DNA of 64,000 nt, taken from contig CAZECN010000005.1 of assembly GCA_964510575.1 (NCBI GenBank), positions 18,518 through 82,517 on the forward strand. The letters are read 5' to 3'. The stretch comes from an uncultured Bdellovibrionales bacterium (GTDB lineage: Bacteria; Bdellovibrionota_C; UBA2361; SZUA-149; CALKYB01). Both the position numbers and the translations under genes were made by a program. Below the pieces are notes generated by a model. The model had not been told where the DNA came from, ran no database searches, and saw only the letters and a program-made list of their open reading frames with translations. Positions within the stretch are counted from its first letter, which is position 1. Each line of letters opens with the position of its first letter. Of the stretch, positions 32,456 through 40,380 are shown in pieces.

Positions 32456-34417
32456 ATGGCAACTGACTTTTTTCAAAAACAGGAAGCAGCAAAGGTAAAT
32501 ACCTTTTGGCTTGTCTCATGCCTGTTGCTGGGGCTCTTAGTTCTAAACCTAGCGATCTACTTGGCTGTTGTTGTCATTTTTACTCTTTTTAGATCTGGAC
32601 CAGTAAGGGTCGATAGGTCTGGCGAGCTAGCTAGCTCTTTGTTTCAGCCTGATATTCTAGTTATTACGGTTCCTTTTATAACAGGGTTGATTGTTCTTTG
32701 CAGCCTTTACCGAATGTTCACATTGCGAGGTGGTGGTCAAAAAGTTGCTGAAGGACTTGGGGGAGTTCTTATTCACCCTGATACAACTGATGTTGAAGAG
32801 AAACGTCTTATCAATGTTGTCGAAGAGATGGCTATTGCCTCAGGTATGCCAGTTCCTCCGGTTTATTACTTGCCTCGTGAAAGAGGTATAAACGCTTTTG
32901 CTGCAGGTTTTACCACGAGGGATGCTGTTATAGGTGTCAATCGCGGAACTTTAAAGCATCTTACAAGGGATGAACTTCAAGGTGTGATTGCCCATGAATT
33001 TAGCCACATACTGAACGGAGATATGAGGCTTAATTTGAGGTTGATGGGAGTTCTATTCGGACTTATTGCCCTAGGTATTTTCGGGAGACTTTTGGTTAGA
33101 GTTAGTCAGCGCAGAAGTTGGGATGACAGAGACAATGGAACACCACATCTCTTAGTATTAGGGTTGGTGGTTTCAGTCCTTGGATATTTAGGCCACTTAG
33201 TTAGTTCTGTTATTAAAGCTGCAATTTCAAGACAAAGAGAATACCTAGCAGATGCCTCTGCAGTTCAGTTTACTCGTAGTCCCGATGGTATCGCTGGGGC
33301 GCTAAAAAAAATTGGAGGTTATGTTGAAAGCTCCAAGGTAGATAATCCTTCCGTTGAGGAAGCAAGTCACATGTTTTTTGCGCTTCCTGTTGTTCCGAGG
33401 TTTCAAAGATTATTTTCTACCCATCCACCTTTAGTTTCCCGAATTCAGGCCATTGACCCATTATTTGATGGTGAGTTTCCTGCCTTAGATGGTAAATCCT
33501 ATTCATCGCAAAAATCTTTGGCTAGCAGTTTTTCTGGGGCTGAGTCTGCCAAGTTAGAGCCTGAACCATTGCTAGAACGAGTGGGTACTTTGGGTTGGGA
33601 ACAAACTCTTCTTTCTAAGCAAATTATTGAATCAATTCCAATTGGCTTGAAGAGAGCTGCAGGAGAACCTCATGGGGCGTGTTCTTTAGTTTTTGCCTTA
33701 TTGCTTGATGAGCAAGATCCTGAAGTTATGAGAAAGCAACTTTCTGTCATAGATCAGAGGTTACCTTTTGGAATGTCTAGAGAGATTTCTGGTTTGATTG
33801 GGGATGCCCGGCAACTTAAGCCGGCTTTGAAACTTCCAGTTGTAGAGCTTGCTTTGTCTAGTTTAAGGCAATTGAGTCAATCTCAATATCTTGGTTTCAG
33901 TCAAATAGTTCGAGAGCTTGCTAGTTTAGATAAAAATATTTCAGTCTTTGACTATGTGCTGCAGGTGATTTTGCTAAGAAGCTTGGAGCCAGTTTATAAA
34001 GGCCGAATATCAAAGAGGGTTAGGTATCGTTCGCTTTTCTCCCTAAAAAGGCAGGCAGCAACAGTTCTATCTGTTCTTTCAGCTGCGGCCACCAAACAAA
34101 TAAATAATTCATCAGCCAGTGAACAGAGTACACAGGCTTTAAAACGAAAAACTTTCCTTGCTGCGATTAGCCAGTTAGAAGAATTGGGTAAAAGTGATTT
34201 TCAAGATTTAGGCCTTTGTCTAAAGTCTCTAGATCAGGCTTTAGCGGCTTTAGCTCTGGCCTCACCAAGTATTAAGAAACGGGTGGTTGCTGCAGCGATC
34301 GCTTCTATTAACTTGGATCAACAGGTGACTGTGATAGAGCTAGAATTGTTGCGAGCAGTTTGCGAGAGTTTGGACTGTCCGATACCACCTTTTATCCGAA
34401 ATTTTAGAGATAGCTAA
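32456..34417 (+). CDS. M48-family zinc metallopeptidase with a long helical C-terminal domain
   Basis: N-terminal TM helices, HEXXH as IAHEFSHILNGD, downstream REYLADASAVQFT. About 330 aa of additional C-terminal helical region. ATG 32456 preferred over the adjacent TTG 32453. Confidence 0.8.
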   Translation: MATDFFQKQEAAKVNTFWLVSCLLLGLLVLNLAIYLAVVVIFTLFRSGPVRVDRSGELASSLFQPDILVITVPFITGLIVLCSLYRMFTLRGGGQKVAEGLGGVLIHPDTTDVEEKRLINVVEEMAIASGMPVPPVYYLPRERGINAFAAGFTTRDAVIGVNRGTLKHLTRDELQGVIAHEFSHILNGDMRLNLRLMGVLFGLIALGIFGRLLVRVSQRRSWDDRDNGTPHLLVLGLVVSVLGYLGHLVSSVIKAAISRQREYLADASAVQFTRSPDGIAGALKKIGGYVESSKVDNPSVEEASHMFFALPVVPRFQRLFSTHPPLVSRIQAIDPLFDGEFPALDGKSYSSQKSLASSFSGAESAKLEPEPLLERVGTLGWEQTLLSKQIIESIPIGLKRAAGEPHGACSLVFALLLDEQDPEVMRKQLSVIDQRLPFGMSREISGLIGDARQLKPALKLPVVELALSSLRQLSQSQYLGFSQIVRELASLDKNISVFDYVLQVILLRSLEPVYKGRISKRVRYRSLFSLKRQAATVLSVLSAAATKQINNSSASEQSTQALKRKTFLAAISQLEELGKSDFQDLGLCLKSLDQALAALALASPSIKKRVVAAAIASINLDQQVTVIELELLRAVCESLDCPIPPFIRNFRDS

Positions 34418-34423
34418 CGAAAT

Positions 34424-35443
34424 ATGTCTATAGAAAAAGCAGATACTTTAGAATTTCAGGTTGAAGGTTATCAAGACCTAGAAGTGTCCACTCAAATAAT
34501 TATCAAAGAAGCACTTGAGCGAGGACATTCTGTAGAAGTTCTAGATAGAGCCAATAATTTTATAAGAATTAAAAATGATGAGAAGTCAGAATTAATTCAG
34601 CAAGCCACCAAGACTCGACTCGATTCTTATATGACCTACTTGGTTATGGAGAACAAAGTCATTACCAAACTGGTGCTTGGAGAGGCAGGGGTTAGGGTTC
34701 CAGCAGGAGGTCATTATGAGAGTTTTGAAGAAGCGTCTAAAAGTTTCGATAATTTCGATGGCCAAGACATAGTTATTAAGCCTGTTACAACTAATTTTGG
34801 CATTGGGGTTAATTTACTAAGTGCTCCTTTCTCCAAGGCTAAATTTGAAACTACTCTTAAATCCGCTTTTGAGCATGATAGCTCGGTTATAATTGAGAGC
34901 TTGGTGGAAGGAAAAGAATATCGTTTTCTAGTGATTGGTGGAAAAGTTCTAGCTGTATGTCATCGAGTTCCAGCTAATGTTGTTGGTGATGGTAAGCATA
35001 CTCTCAAAGAACTGGTTGAAATAAAGAATCAGGACCCTCGGCGTGGCAAGGGGCACAAAAAACCTCTTGAGTTAATTGATACCGGAGAGGTTGAAACTGC
35101 CTGCCTTAAAGACCAAGGTCATGACTGGAGTCACGTCCCCGAAGAGTCAGAGCAGGTATTTCTACGTGCGAACTCAAATATAAGCACTGGCGGAGACTCA
35201 ATTGATTTCACTGATAAAGTGAATCAGGCCTATTTTGAAATTGCTGAAAAGGCCGCTACAGCTGTTGGAAGCGAGATCACTGGTATTGATATGATGATCA
35301 AGGATCCTTCCGAGAAGCCTCATTTCTCAAACCATGCTGTGATCGAGGCTAACTTCAACCCTGTGCTCTTTATTCATCAATACCCCTATCAGGGAGAAAA
35401 TCGAGATGTTGGTGCAGCCGTCTTAGATCTTCTAGGTCTTTAA
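34424..35443 (+). CDS. Stand-alone ATP-grasp ligase resembling the C-terminal (glutathione synthetase) domain of bifunctional GshAB/GshF
   Basis: STQIIIKEALERGHSVEVLDRANNFIRIK, MENKVITKLVL, IVIKPVTTNFGIGV, EYRFLVIGGKVLAVCHRVPANVVGDGKHTLKELV, LRANSNISTGGDSIDFTD, IEANFNPVLFIHQYPYQG. This is colinear with my recollection of the GshF C-terminal half. Confidence 0.7.
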   Translation: MSIEKADTLEFQVEGYQDLEVSTQIIIKEALERGHSVEVLDRANNFIRIKNDEKSELIQQATKTRLDSYMTYLVMENKVITKLVLGEAGVRVPAGGHYESFEEASKSFDNFDGQDIVIKPVTTNFGIGVNLLSAPFSKAKFETTLKSAFEHDSSVIIESLVEGKEYRFLVIGGKVLAVCHRVPANVVGDGKHTLKELVEIKNQDPRRGKGHKKPLELIDTGEVETACLKDQGHDWSHVPEESEQVFLRANSNISTGGDSIDFTDKVNQAYFEIAEKAATAVGSEITGIDMMIKDPSEKPHFSNHAVIEANFNPVLFIHQYPYQGENRDVGAAVLDLLGL

Positions 35444-35672
35444 GGTGGAGAGCTCGATTAGAGCTATCGCTATACTGCGCCTAAATATTAAATATTATCA
35501 GTTAATTTTGGCCATGAGCACGATAAAGACCACAGCTGCCAAATTGTCCTAAAAAGTTGCAAAAAAATAGGTAGAGAGCTAAGTAGGGCGCGTAAATTAG
35601 TAGGAGATATTCTTATTAGTTCACAGCCCCGATTAGAAATAATTTGTTAATCCAGAACTGTTTATTATTTAC

Positions 35673-36902
35673 ATGTCCAATCCAGAAGCTTTTCCAGCTA
35701 GCAGTATTAAAGTCTTAGTTTTAGAGAAAATTAACCAGAGTGCGGTAAACGTTTTCAAGGAAGCGGGCTACTCGGTTAGTGAAGTTCCTAAGTCCCTCGG
35801 TGAAGAAGAGTTGATGGAGCATATCGAGGATGTTCATATTCTTTGTATCCGTTCTAAAACGAAAGTAACTGAGGCTCATATCGAGAAAGCTGGGAAGCTA
35901 TTAGCGATTGGATGTTTCGGGGTCGGAACCAACCAAGTTGCGAAAGATGCAGCTCTTGCAGCCGGTGTCCCAGTTTTTAATGCTCCTTTTGCTAGCACTA
36001 GAAGTGTAGCTGAGCTCGCTGTGGCTGGGGTGATGAACCTAGCCAGAAGACTGGGTGACTGTAATACCAACCTTCATAGCGGGCGCTGGGAAAAGTCGGC
36101 AGTTGGCTCTTTTGAAGTTCGTGACAAGGTGCTTGGAATAGTTGGTTACGGTCATATTGGTCAGCAGGTGGGTCTTTTAGCTGAGGCCCTAGGTTTAAGA
36201 GTAATCTTCAGTGATATGATGGCTCGTTTGCCTCTTGGGAACTCTAGGCAAGTTGAGTCGATGGATGCTGTTCTAAAAGAGGCTGACTTTGTTTCTCTTC
36301 ATGTACCTGCGCAGCCAGGCGGAAAAAGCCTGATTGGCAAAGAAGAGTTGGCTAAGATGAAGAAAGGGAGCTACGTGCTAAACCTTAGTCGTGGAAGTCT
36401 TGTCGACGTTGCGGCTTTGAAGGAGTCTATTGAGTCCGGCCATACGGCAGGTGCTATGCTCGATGTCTATCCGACTGAGCCGAGAACTGGTAGCGAAGAC
36501 TTTTCGCCTGAGCTTAAAGGTGTAAAGAATGCTTTTCTTACACCTCATGTTGGGGGTAGCACTGAAGAAGCTCAGAAGAATATCGGTATTGAAGTTGCTT
36601 CAACGCTGAGCAAGTATGTTAACACCGGACAGTCTCATGGTTCAGTTAACTTTCCGCAAGTTCTCTTGCCGGCTTATCCAGATTCAAGCAGAATTCTAAA
36701 TATTCACCAGAATGTTCCTGGTGTCTTGGGAGAAATCACTAAGCTCTGTAGCGAACTTTCAGTTAACATTGATAGCCAATATCTTAACACCAGAGGTGAT
36801 ATTGGTTACTTGGTAATGGATGTTGCTCCGGATAAGTCCAAGGATCTTTCTGAGAAGATAAAGGCTCTTCCAATGTCAATTAAGACTCGAGCCCTCTACT
36901 AA
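35673..36902 (+). CDS. serA: D-3-phosphoglycerate dehydrogenase (long form with ACT domain)
   Basis: 409 aa. NAD fold GIVGYGHIGQQVG. Catalytic LNLSRGSLVD...TPHVGGST. C-terminal ACT-like RILNIHQNVPGVLGEI. Confidence 0.9.
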   Translation: MSNPEAFPASSIKVLVLEKINQSAVNVFKEAGYSVSEVPKSLGEEELMEHIEDVHILCIRSKTKVTEAHIEKAGKLLAIGCFGVGTNQVAKDAALAAGVPVFNAPFASTRSVAELAVAGVMNLARRLGDCNTNLHSGRWEKSAVGSFEVRDKVLGIVGYGHIGQQVGLLAEALGLRVIFSDMMARLPLGNSRQVESMDAVLKEADFVSLHVPAQPGGKSLIGKEELAKMKKGSYVLNLSRGSLVDVAALKESIESGHTAGAMLDVYPTEPRTGSEDFSPELKGVKNAFLTPHVGGSTEEAQKNIGIEVASTLSKYVNTGQSHGSVNFPQVLLPAYPDSSRILNIHQNVPGVLGEITKLCSELSVNIDSQYLNTRGDIGYLVMDVAPDKSKDLSEKIKALPMSIKTRALY

Positions 36903-36913
36903 GCTTGGTTCTT

Positions 36914-36955
36914 TTAGCCTCTGGGTAGTAATCTATCCAGAGGCTAAGTTTTCTT
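36914..36955. terminator. Bidirectional terminator hairpin between convergent serA and the HAD gene
   Basis: TTAGCCTCTGG-(12 nt)-CCAGAGGCTAA, an 11-bp stem flanked by T-rich tracts on both sides. Confidence 0.7.
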
Positions 36956-37717
36956 TTAAGATAGAGAGTGGTTTTTTAAGTAAAGAGAGAAAGCTTCAAG
37001 CTCTCTTACTTCAAAGCCTAGCTCCAAAGCTTGTTCAGCGTCGGCTGGACCAGTAAAACCCCAGTTAGCGAGTATCCCATTAAATTTGATATCCAAGTTC
37101 TCTTTGGCAAATTTGCTAAGTTCAGTTAGGTTTTTGATAGAGTCGTCTATAAACTCTATCTGGCTAACTGGAAACCTACCCACGATTTTAACTAGATTTT
37201 CTTGTTTAGTGACCCCACCGTCTCCTGAGTAAATATTACTAGGGTTAAGAAAAAGACCAGAGTGCTTGCATGCGCGTAGGACAGAGTCACTGTTCTTGTT
37301 GGTTAACAGTAAGATTTCAGAGGCTTTCTTAACTGCTTCTTTCCAGAGAGGTTGATAAACAGAATTTAGTGCTAGCCAAAGTGACTCGTCCTTTTCAATC
37401 AAACGCTGACGCGCTTCGAAAAAATCTTTCGTTCTGCTCTTTAAGCTCGCCTTCTGTCCTTCGACAATTGACAAGTATTCTTCTTTTGAGAAAAGGCTGC
37501 CATTTGAAGGTTTTGTTCCACCGAGTAAGGCATTGGCTAAAAGTATAAAATCTCCAGCCGGTTGGCAGTGAAAACGATTTAGTCGAAGTAGTTCTACGTA
37601 GTATTTTGGGAGTTCACCTAAGCTCTCAATGGTTTCACCGGTTGCGGCGTTGTAGCCGGTGAGAACCACGTCATCGAGGGAGTTTAGGAGAACTCCATCA
37701 AAATCAAGAACTAACAT
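36956..37717 (-). CDS. HAD-superfamily hydrolase
   Basis: Motif I MLVLDFDGVLLNS, motif II LLLTNKN and a later FIDDS-type motif. Directly downstream of serC. Confidence 0.7.
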   Translation of the reverse strand: MLVLDFDGVLLNSLDDVVLTGYNAATGETIESLGELPKYYVELLRLNRFHCQPAGDFILLANALLGGTKPSNGSLFSKEEYLSIVEGQKASLKSRTKDFFEARQRLIEKDESLWLALNSVYQPLWKEAVKKASEILLLTNKNSDSVLRACKHSGLFLNPSNIYSGDGGVTKQENLVKIVGRFPVSQIEFIDDSIKNLTELSKFAKENLDIKFNGILANWGFTGPADAEQALELGFEVRELEAFSLYLKNHSLS

Positions 37718-37738
37718 GGCTGCTGATTCTCAGACAGA

Positions 37739-38824
37739 CTAGCTGTGAGCTTCGGCGAACTGCCCCATGAATTTTACAAGCTCTTCAACTCCCTCTTTCG
37801 GGAAGGCATTGTAAATGCTGGCTCGAACACCACCGACACTTCTATGACCTTTAAGGCCATTAAAGCCAGATTCTCCGGCAACTTTAATGAACTCTGCTTC
37901 TAAGTTTTCGTCTTTCAACCTGAAGCAAACATTCATAACAGAGCGTGATTCTTTTTCAGCTGTGCCAGCATAGAAATCATTGCCATCTATATAGTCATAT
38001 AAAATAGCAGCTTTTTCTCTATTCCTAGCTTCCATTTTATCTAGACCACCTTGGTCCTTAAGCCATTTTAGAACCTCTCCCACCACATAGATTGGGAAAG
38101 CCGGTGGAGTATTGGAGAGAGAGGCTCCTTCCACGAAAGTTCTGTAGTCCAACATTTTAGGTAAGCTCTCGGGAGCTCTCTCCAGTAAATCTTTTCTAAT
38201 GATTGCAATGGTGACTCCAGCAGGCCCAAGGTTCTTTTGAGCACCTGCGTATATTAGGCCGTATTTACTAACGTCTAGTTTTTTATGGAGAAAATCAGAA
38301 GAGGCATCGCAAACTAGAACATTACCTGCAGCATCAGGTTCGTTTTGATACTGAGTTCCAAAAATTGTGTTGTTGCTAGTAAAATGAAGATAGGAAGCAT
38401 TTTGTGGAACATCTAGGTTCTTCGGTAAGTAGCTGAAGTTTTTGTCTTCAGAAGATCCAGCAACCTGAGTTTCAGTGAATCGTTTGGCTTCTGCCAATGC
38501 TTTCTTAGACCAGCTTCCAGTAACCACATAACTGGCCGCTCCGCCATCAGCTTTAGCTAGGTTCATTGGAACCATTGAAAATTGATTAGTAGCTCCTCCG
38601 GTAGTGAAGACCACGGCATAGTCACTGCCAATTCCAAGAAGCTCTCTGAGATTAGCTTCACAGTCCTCAATGATTTGCTTAAATTGAGGTCCTCGGTGAG
38701 AGAGTTCCATTACGCCCATTCCACAACCATCGAAATTTAAGAGATTATCTCTAACTTTTTCGACTACTTTAACTGGAAGGACAGCAGGTCCCGCACTGAA
38801 GTTATAGATTCTTTTGTGGTCCAT
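37739..38824 (-). CDS. serC: Phosphoserine aminotransferase
   Basis: YNFSAGPAVLP, MELSHRGPQF, YAGAQKNLGPAGVT (PLP Lys), 361 aa. Confidence 0.95.
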   Translation of the reverse strand: MDHKRIYNFSAGPAVLPVKVVEKVRDNLLNFDGCGMGVMELSHRGPQFKQIIEDCEANLRELLGIGSDYAVVFTTGGATNQFSMVPMNLAKADGGAASYVVTGSWSKKALAEAKRFTETQVAGSSEDKNFSYLPKNLDVPQNASYLHFTSNNTIFGTQYQNEPDAAGNVLVCDASSDFLHKKLDVSKYGLIYAGAQKNLGPAGVTIAIIRKDLLERAPESLPKMLDYRTFVEGASLSNTPPAFPIYVVGEVLKWLKDQGGLDKMEARNREKAAILYDYIDGNDFYAGTAEKESRSVMNVCFRLKDENLEAEFIKVAGESGFNGLKGHRSVGGVRASIYNAFPKEGVEELVKFMGQFAEAHS

Positions 38825-38941
38825 AGTATTGGTATATTTCCTAGGTTAGATCATCTACTGGGCTCAGGAACCGCATACTACCTAATCACCCGAAAAGGTA
38901 AATGCTAAATATTAAATAGCTAGCTGTTGAAAGGCTTAGGC

Positions 38942-39394
38942 CTAGTTTTTTTGTGGGAATTGAACAAATTCTAGAAGGACTTCTGTACCTATTGGGAATT
39001 CCTCATTACCCCTTGGGTGGGTAAAGAATACAGCGTGTCCCGCAGCACCTTTTCTTATTCCCCCGGGAGCCATTCGAACTCCCTGCTCTTGCAGCCATTT
39101 GTAAGCTGACTCAAGGTCGTCGACCCAAAAGCCTATGTGATTAAGAGCTGGCTGGTCAGGACGAGGTTTCTTGTTAGGATCGATTGGCTCCATTAAATCG
39201 ATTTCAACGGTGGCTAGTCCTTCGCCTACAGAGCAAATAGTTTCGTCTACATTCTCTTTTTCGGAACGATAGCTGCCATCTACTTTTAGACCGAGAATAT
39301 CGCAAAAAATATTCTCAAGAGATGCTTTGGACTTAGAGCCTATGGCAATCTGTTGAATACCAAGAATTTTGAATGGTCGCTTTTCGTCTGACAT
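38942..39394 (-). CDS. VOC/glyoxalase-family protein (methylmalonyl-CoA epimerase-like)
   Basis: LGIQQIAIG...[25 protein letters not shown]...FFTHPRG are typical VOC beta-alpha-beta-beta-beta modules. Confidence 0.7.
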   Translation of the reverse strand: MSDEKRPFKILGIQQIAIGSKSKASLENIFCDILGLKVDGSYRSEKENVDETICSVGEGLATVEIDLMEPIDPNKKPRPDQPALNHIGFWVDDLESAYKWLQEQGVRMAPGGIRKGAAGHAVFFTHPRGNEEFPIGTEVLLEFVQFPQKN

Positions 39395-39457
39395 GTTAGG
39401 AAGGTTAGCGAGGATCTCCAGTTTAATCTAGCTAAAGAATCACAGAAGGATTGTCTG

Positions 39458-40072
39458 ATGAAAAATTTTCTCTTACTTAGCTCAATTATTTTCTTTTTTT
39501 GCATTGAAGAAGATGTTCATGCTCAGTGCAAGAACTCTGAGTTTTCGATTGAAATAGAGAAAAAAGATGCTGAGGCAGGGGCCTTGGGGAATTTCTGGGG
39601 CAGTAAGAACTCGCTAAATGCTATAGTGATGCAAGTCGTGGATAAGTCTTTTAAGGGTTTTTCCTCTGCAAAGCCTGAGGGCTGCGGAGAAAAATGTTCT
39701 AGTTCTGAAGCTCAAAAGAGAATCAGAGTGACACCTACCTCGAGATTGTCTGACTATGCAGAAAAGGAAGCCTGTCAAAAATACTTAGATCAAACAACTA
39801 GCTCCCCTATACATTTTGTCTCACCAGATTTTTCCAACAAAGATGAGTTTGGAGAATGGTTTGCTGATTTATCTCAAGGTAAAGGCCAGGCTGGAAAAAA
39901 GCTCTACCGGCTTTGTCCAGGTAAATGCAGTCCATCTTATTCAGTGGTTCTTGAGGATAAGGAAGCTAATAACTACCTAGCCAAAGTTTCAGCAGTTTGT
40001 GGGCATGCTAGAAACAAGTCTGATAACAAGTATCAGGTCATTTCAGAATACTTTTGGCAATGTAAGGAATAG
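39458..40072 (+). CDS. Secreted Cys-rich hypothetical protein
   Basis: Signal peptide (MKNFLLLSSIIFFFCIEEDVHA), eight further Cys residues, no recognisable family. Confidence 0.5.
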   Translation: MKNFLLLSSIIFFFCIEEDVHAQCKNSEFSIEIEKKDAEAGALGNFWGSKNSLNAIVMQVVDKSFKGFSSAKPEGCGEKCSSSEAQKRIRVTPTSRLSDYAEKEACQKYLDQTTSSPIHFVSPDFSNKDEFGEWFADLSQGKGQAGKKLYRLCPGKCSPSYSVVLEDKEANNYLAKVSAVCGHARNKSDNKYQVISEYFWQCKE

Positions 40073-40073
40073 T

Positions 40074-40294
40074 TATACTGAAACCATTTTAAATTTCGTG
40101 TTTGGCTAAAGCTTACATGAGGTTTCAGTATACGCTTTGCGTAAGCAAAGCCACTAGACTCATATATCTCGTCTAAAAATATGCTGAGAAGCGCAGCTTC
40201 GCAAGAAAATCATAAGATCCAGTGAAAATTCTAAGATTACAACTTTTTTTGTCAAGAGCTTCGCTCTTGTAGGTATATTTCAGGTTTCAGTATA
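40074..40294. repeat. TATAC-hairpin long form (221 bp), TIR TATACTGAAACC/GGTTTCAGTATA, with embedded short unit 40074-40132
   Basis: The opening TIR is at 40074-40085. Its complement occurs at 40121-40132 and again at 40283-40294. Internal hairpins: GCTTTGC-GTAA-GCAAAGC (40134-40151), GAAGC-GCA-GCTTC (40188-40200) and CAAGAGC-TTC-GCTCTTG (40253-40269). This is the mirror-image layout of 20762-20983. Confidence 0.8.
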
Positions 40295-40323
40295 TTTGTT
40301 GTCTGGCAGTGCTATGCACTGCT

Positions 40324-40379
40324 TATACCCCATTACGACAGGTACGGAAAAAGCCGTAATTTAAAGTAGACGGGGTATA
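40324..40379. repeat. TATAC-hairpin short unit, TIR TATACCCC/GGGGTATA
   Basis: Inverted copy of 20982-21037. It ends 1 nt before the stop codon of the convergent olsF-like gene. Confidence 0.8.
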
Positions 40380-40380
40380 T

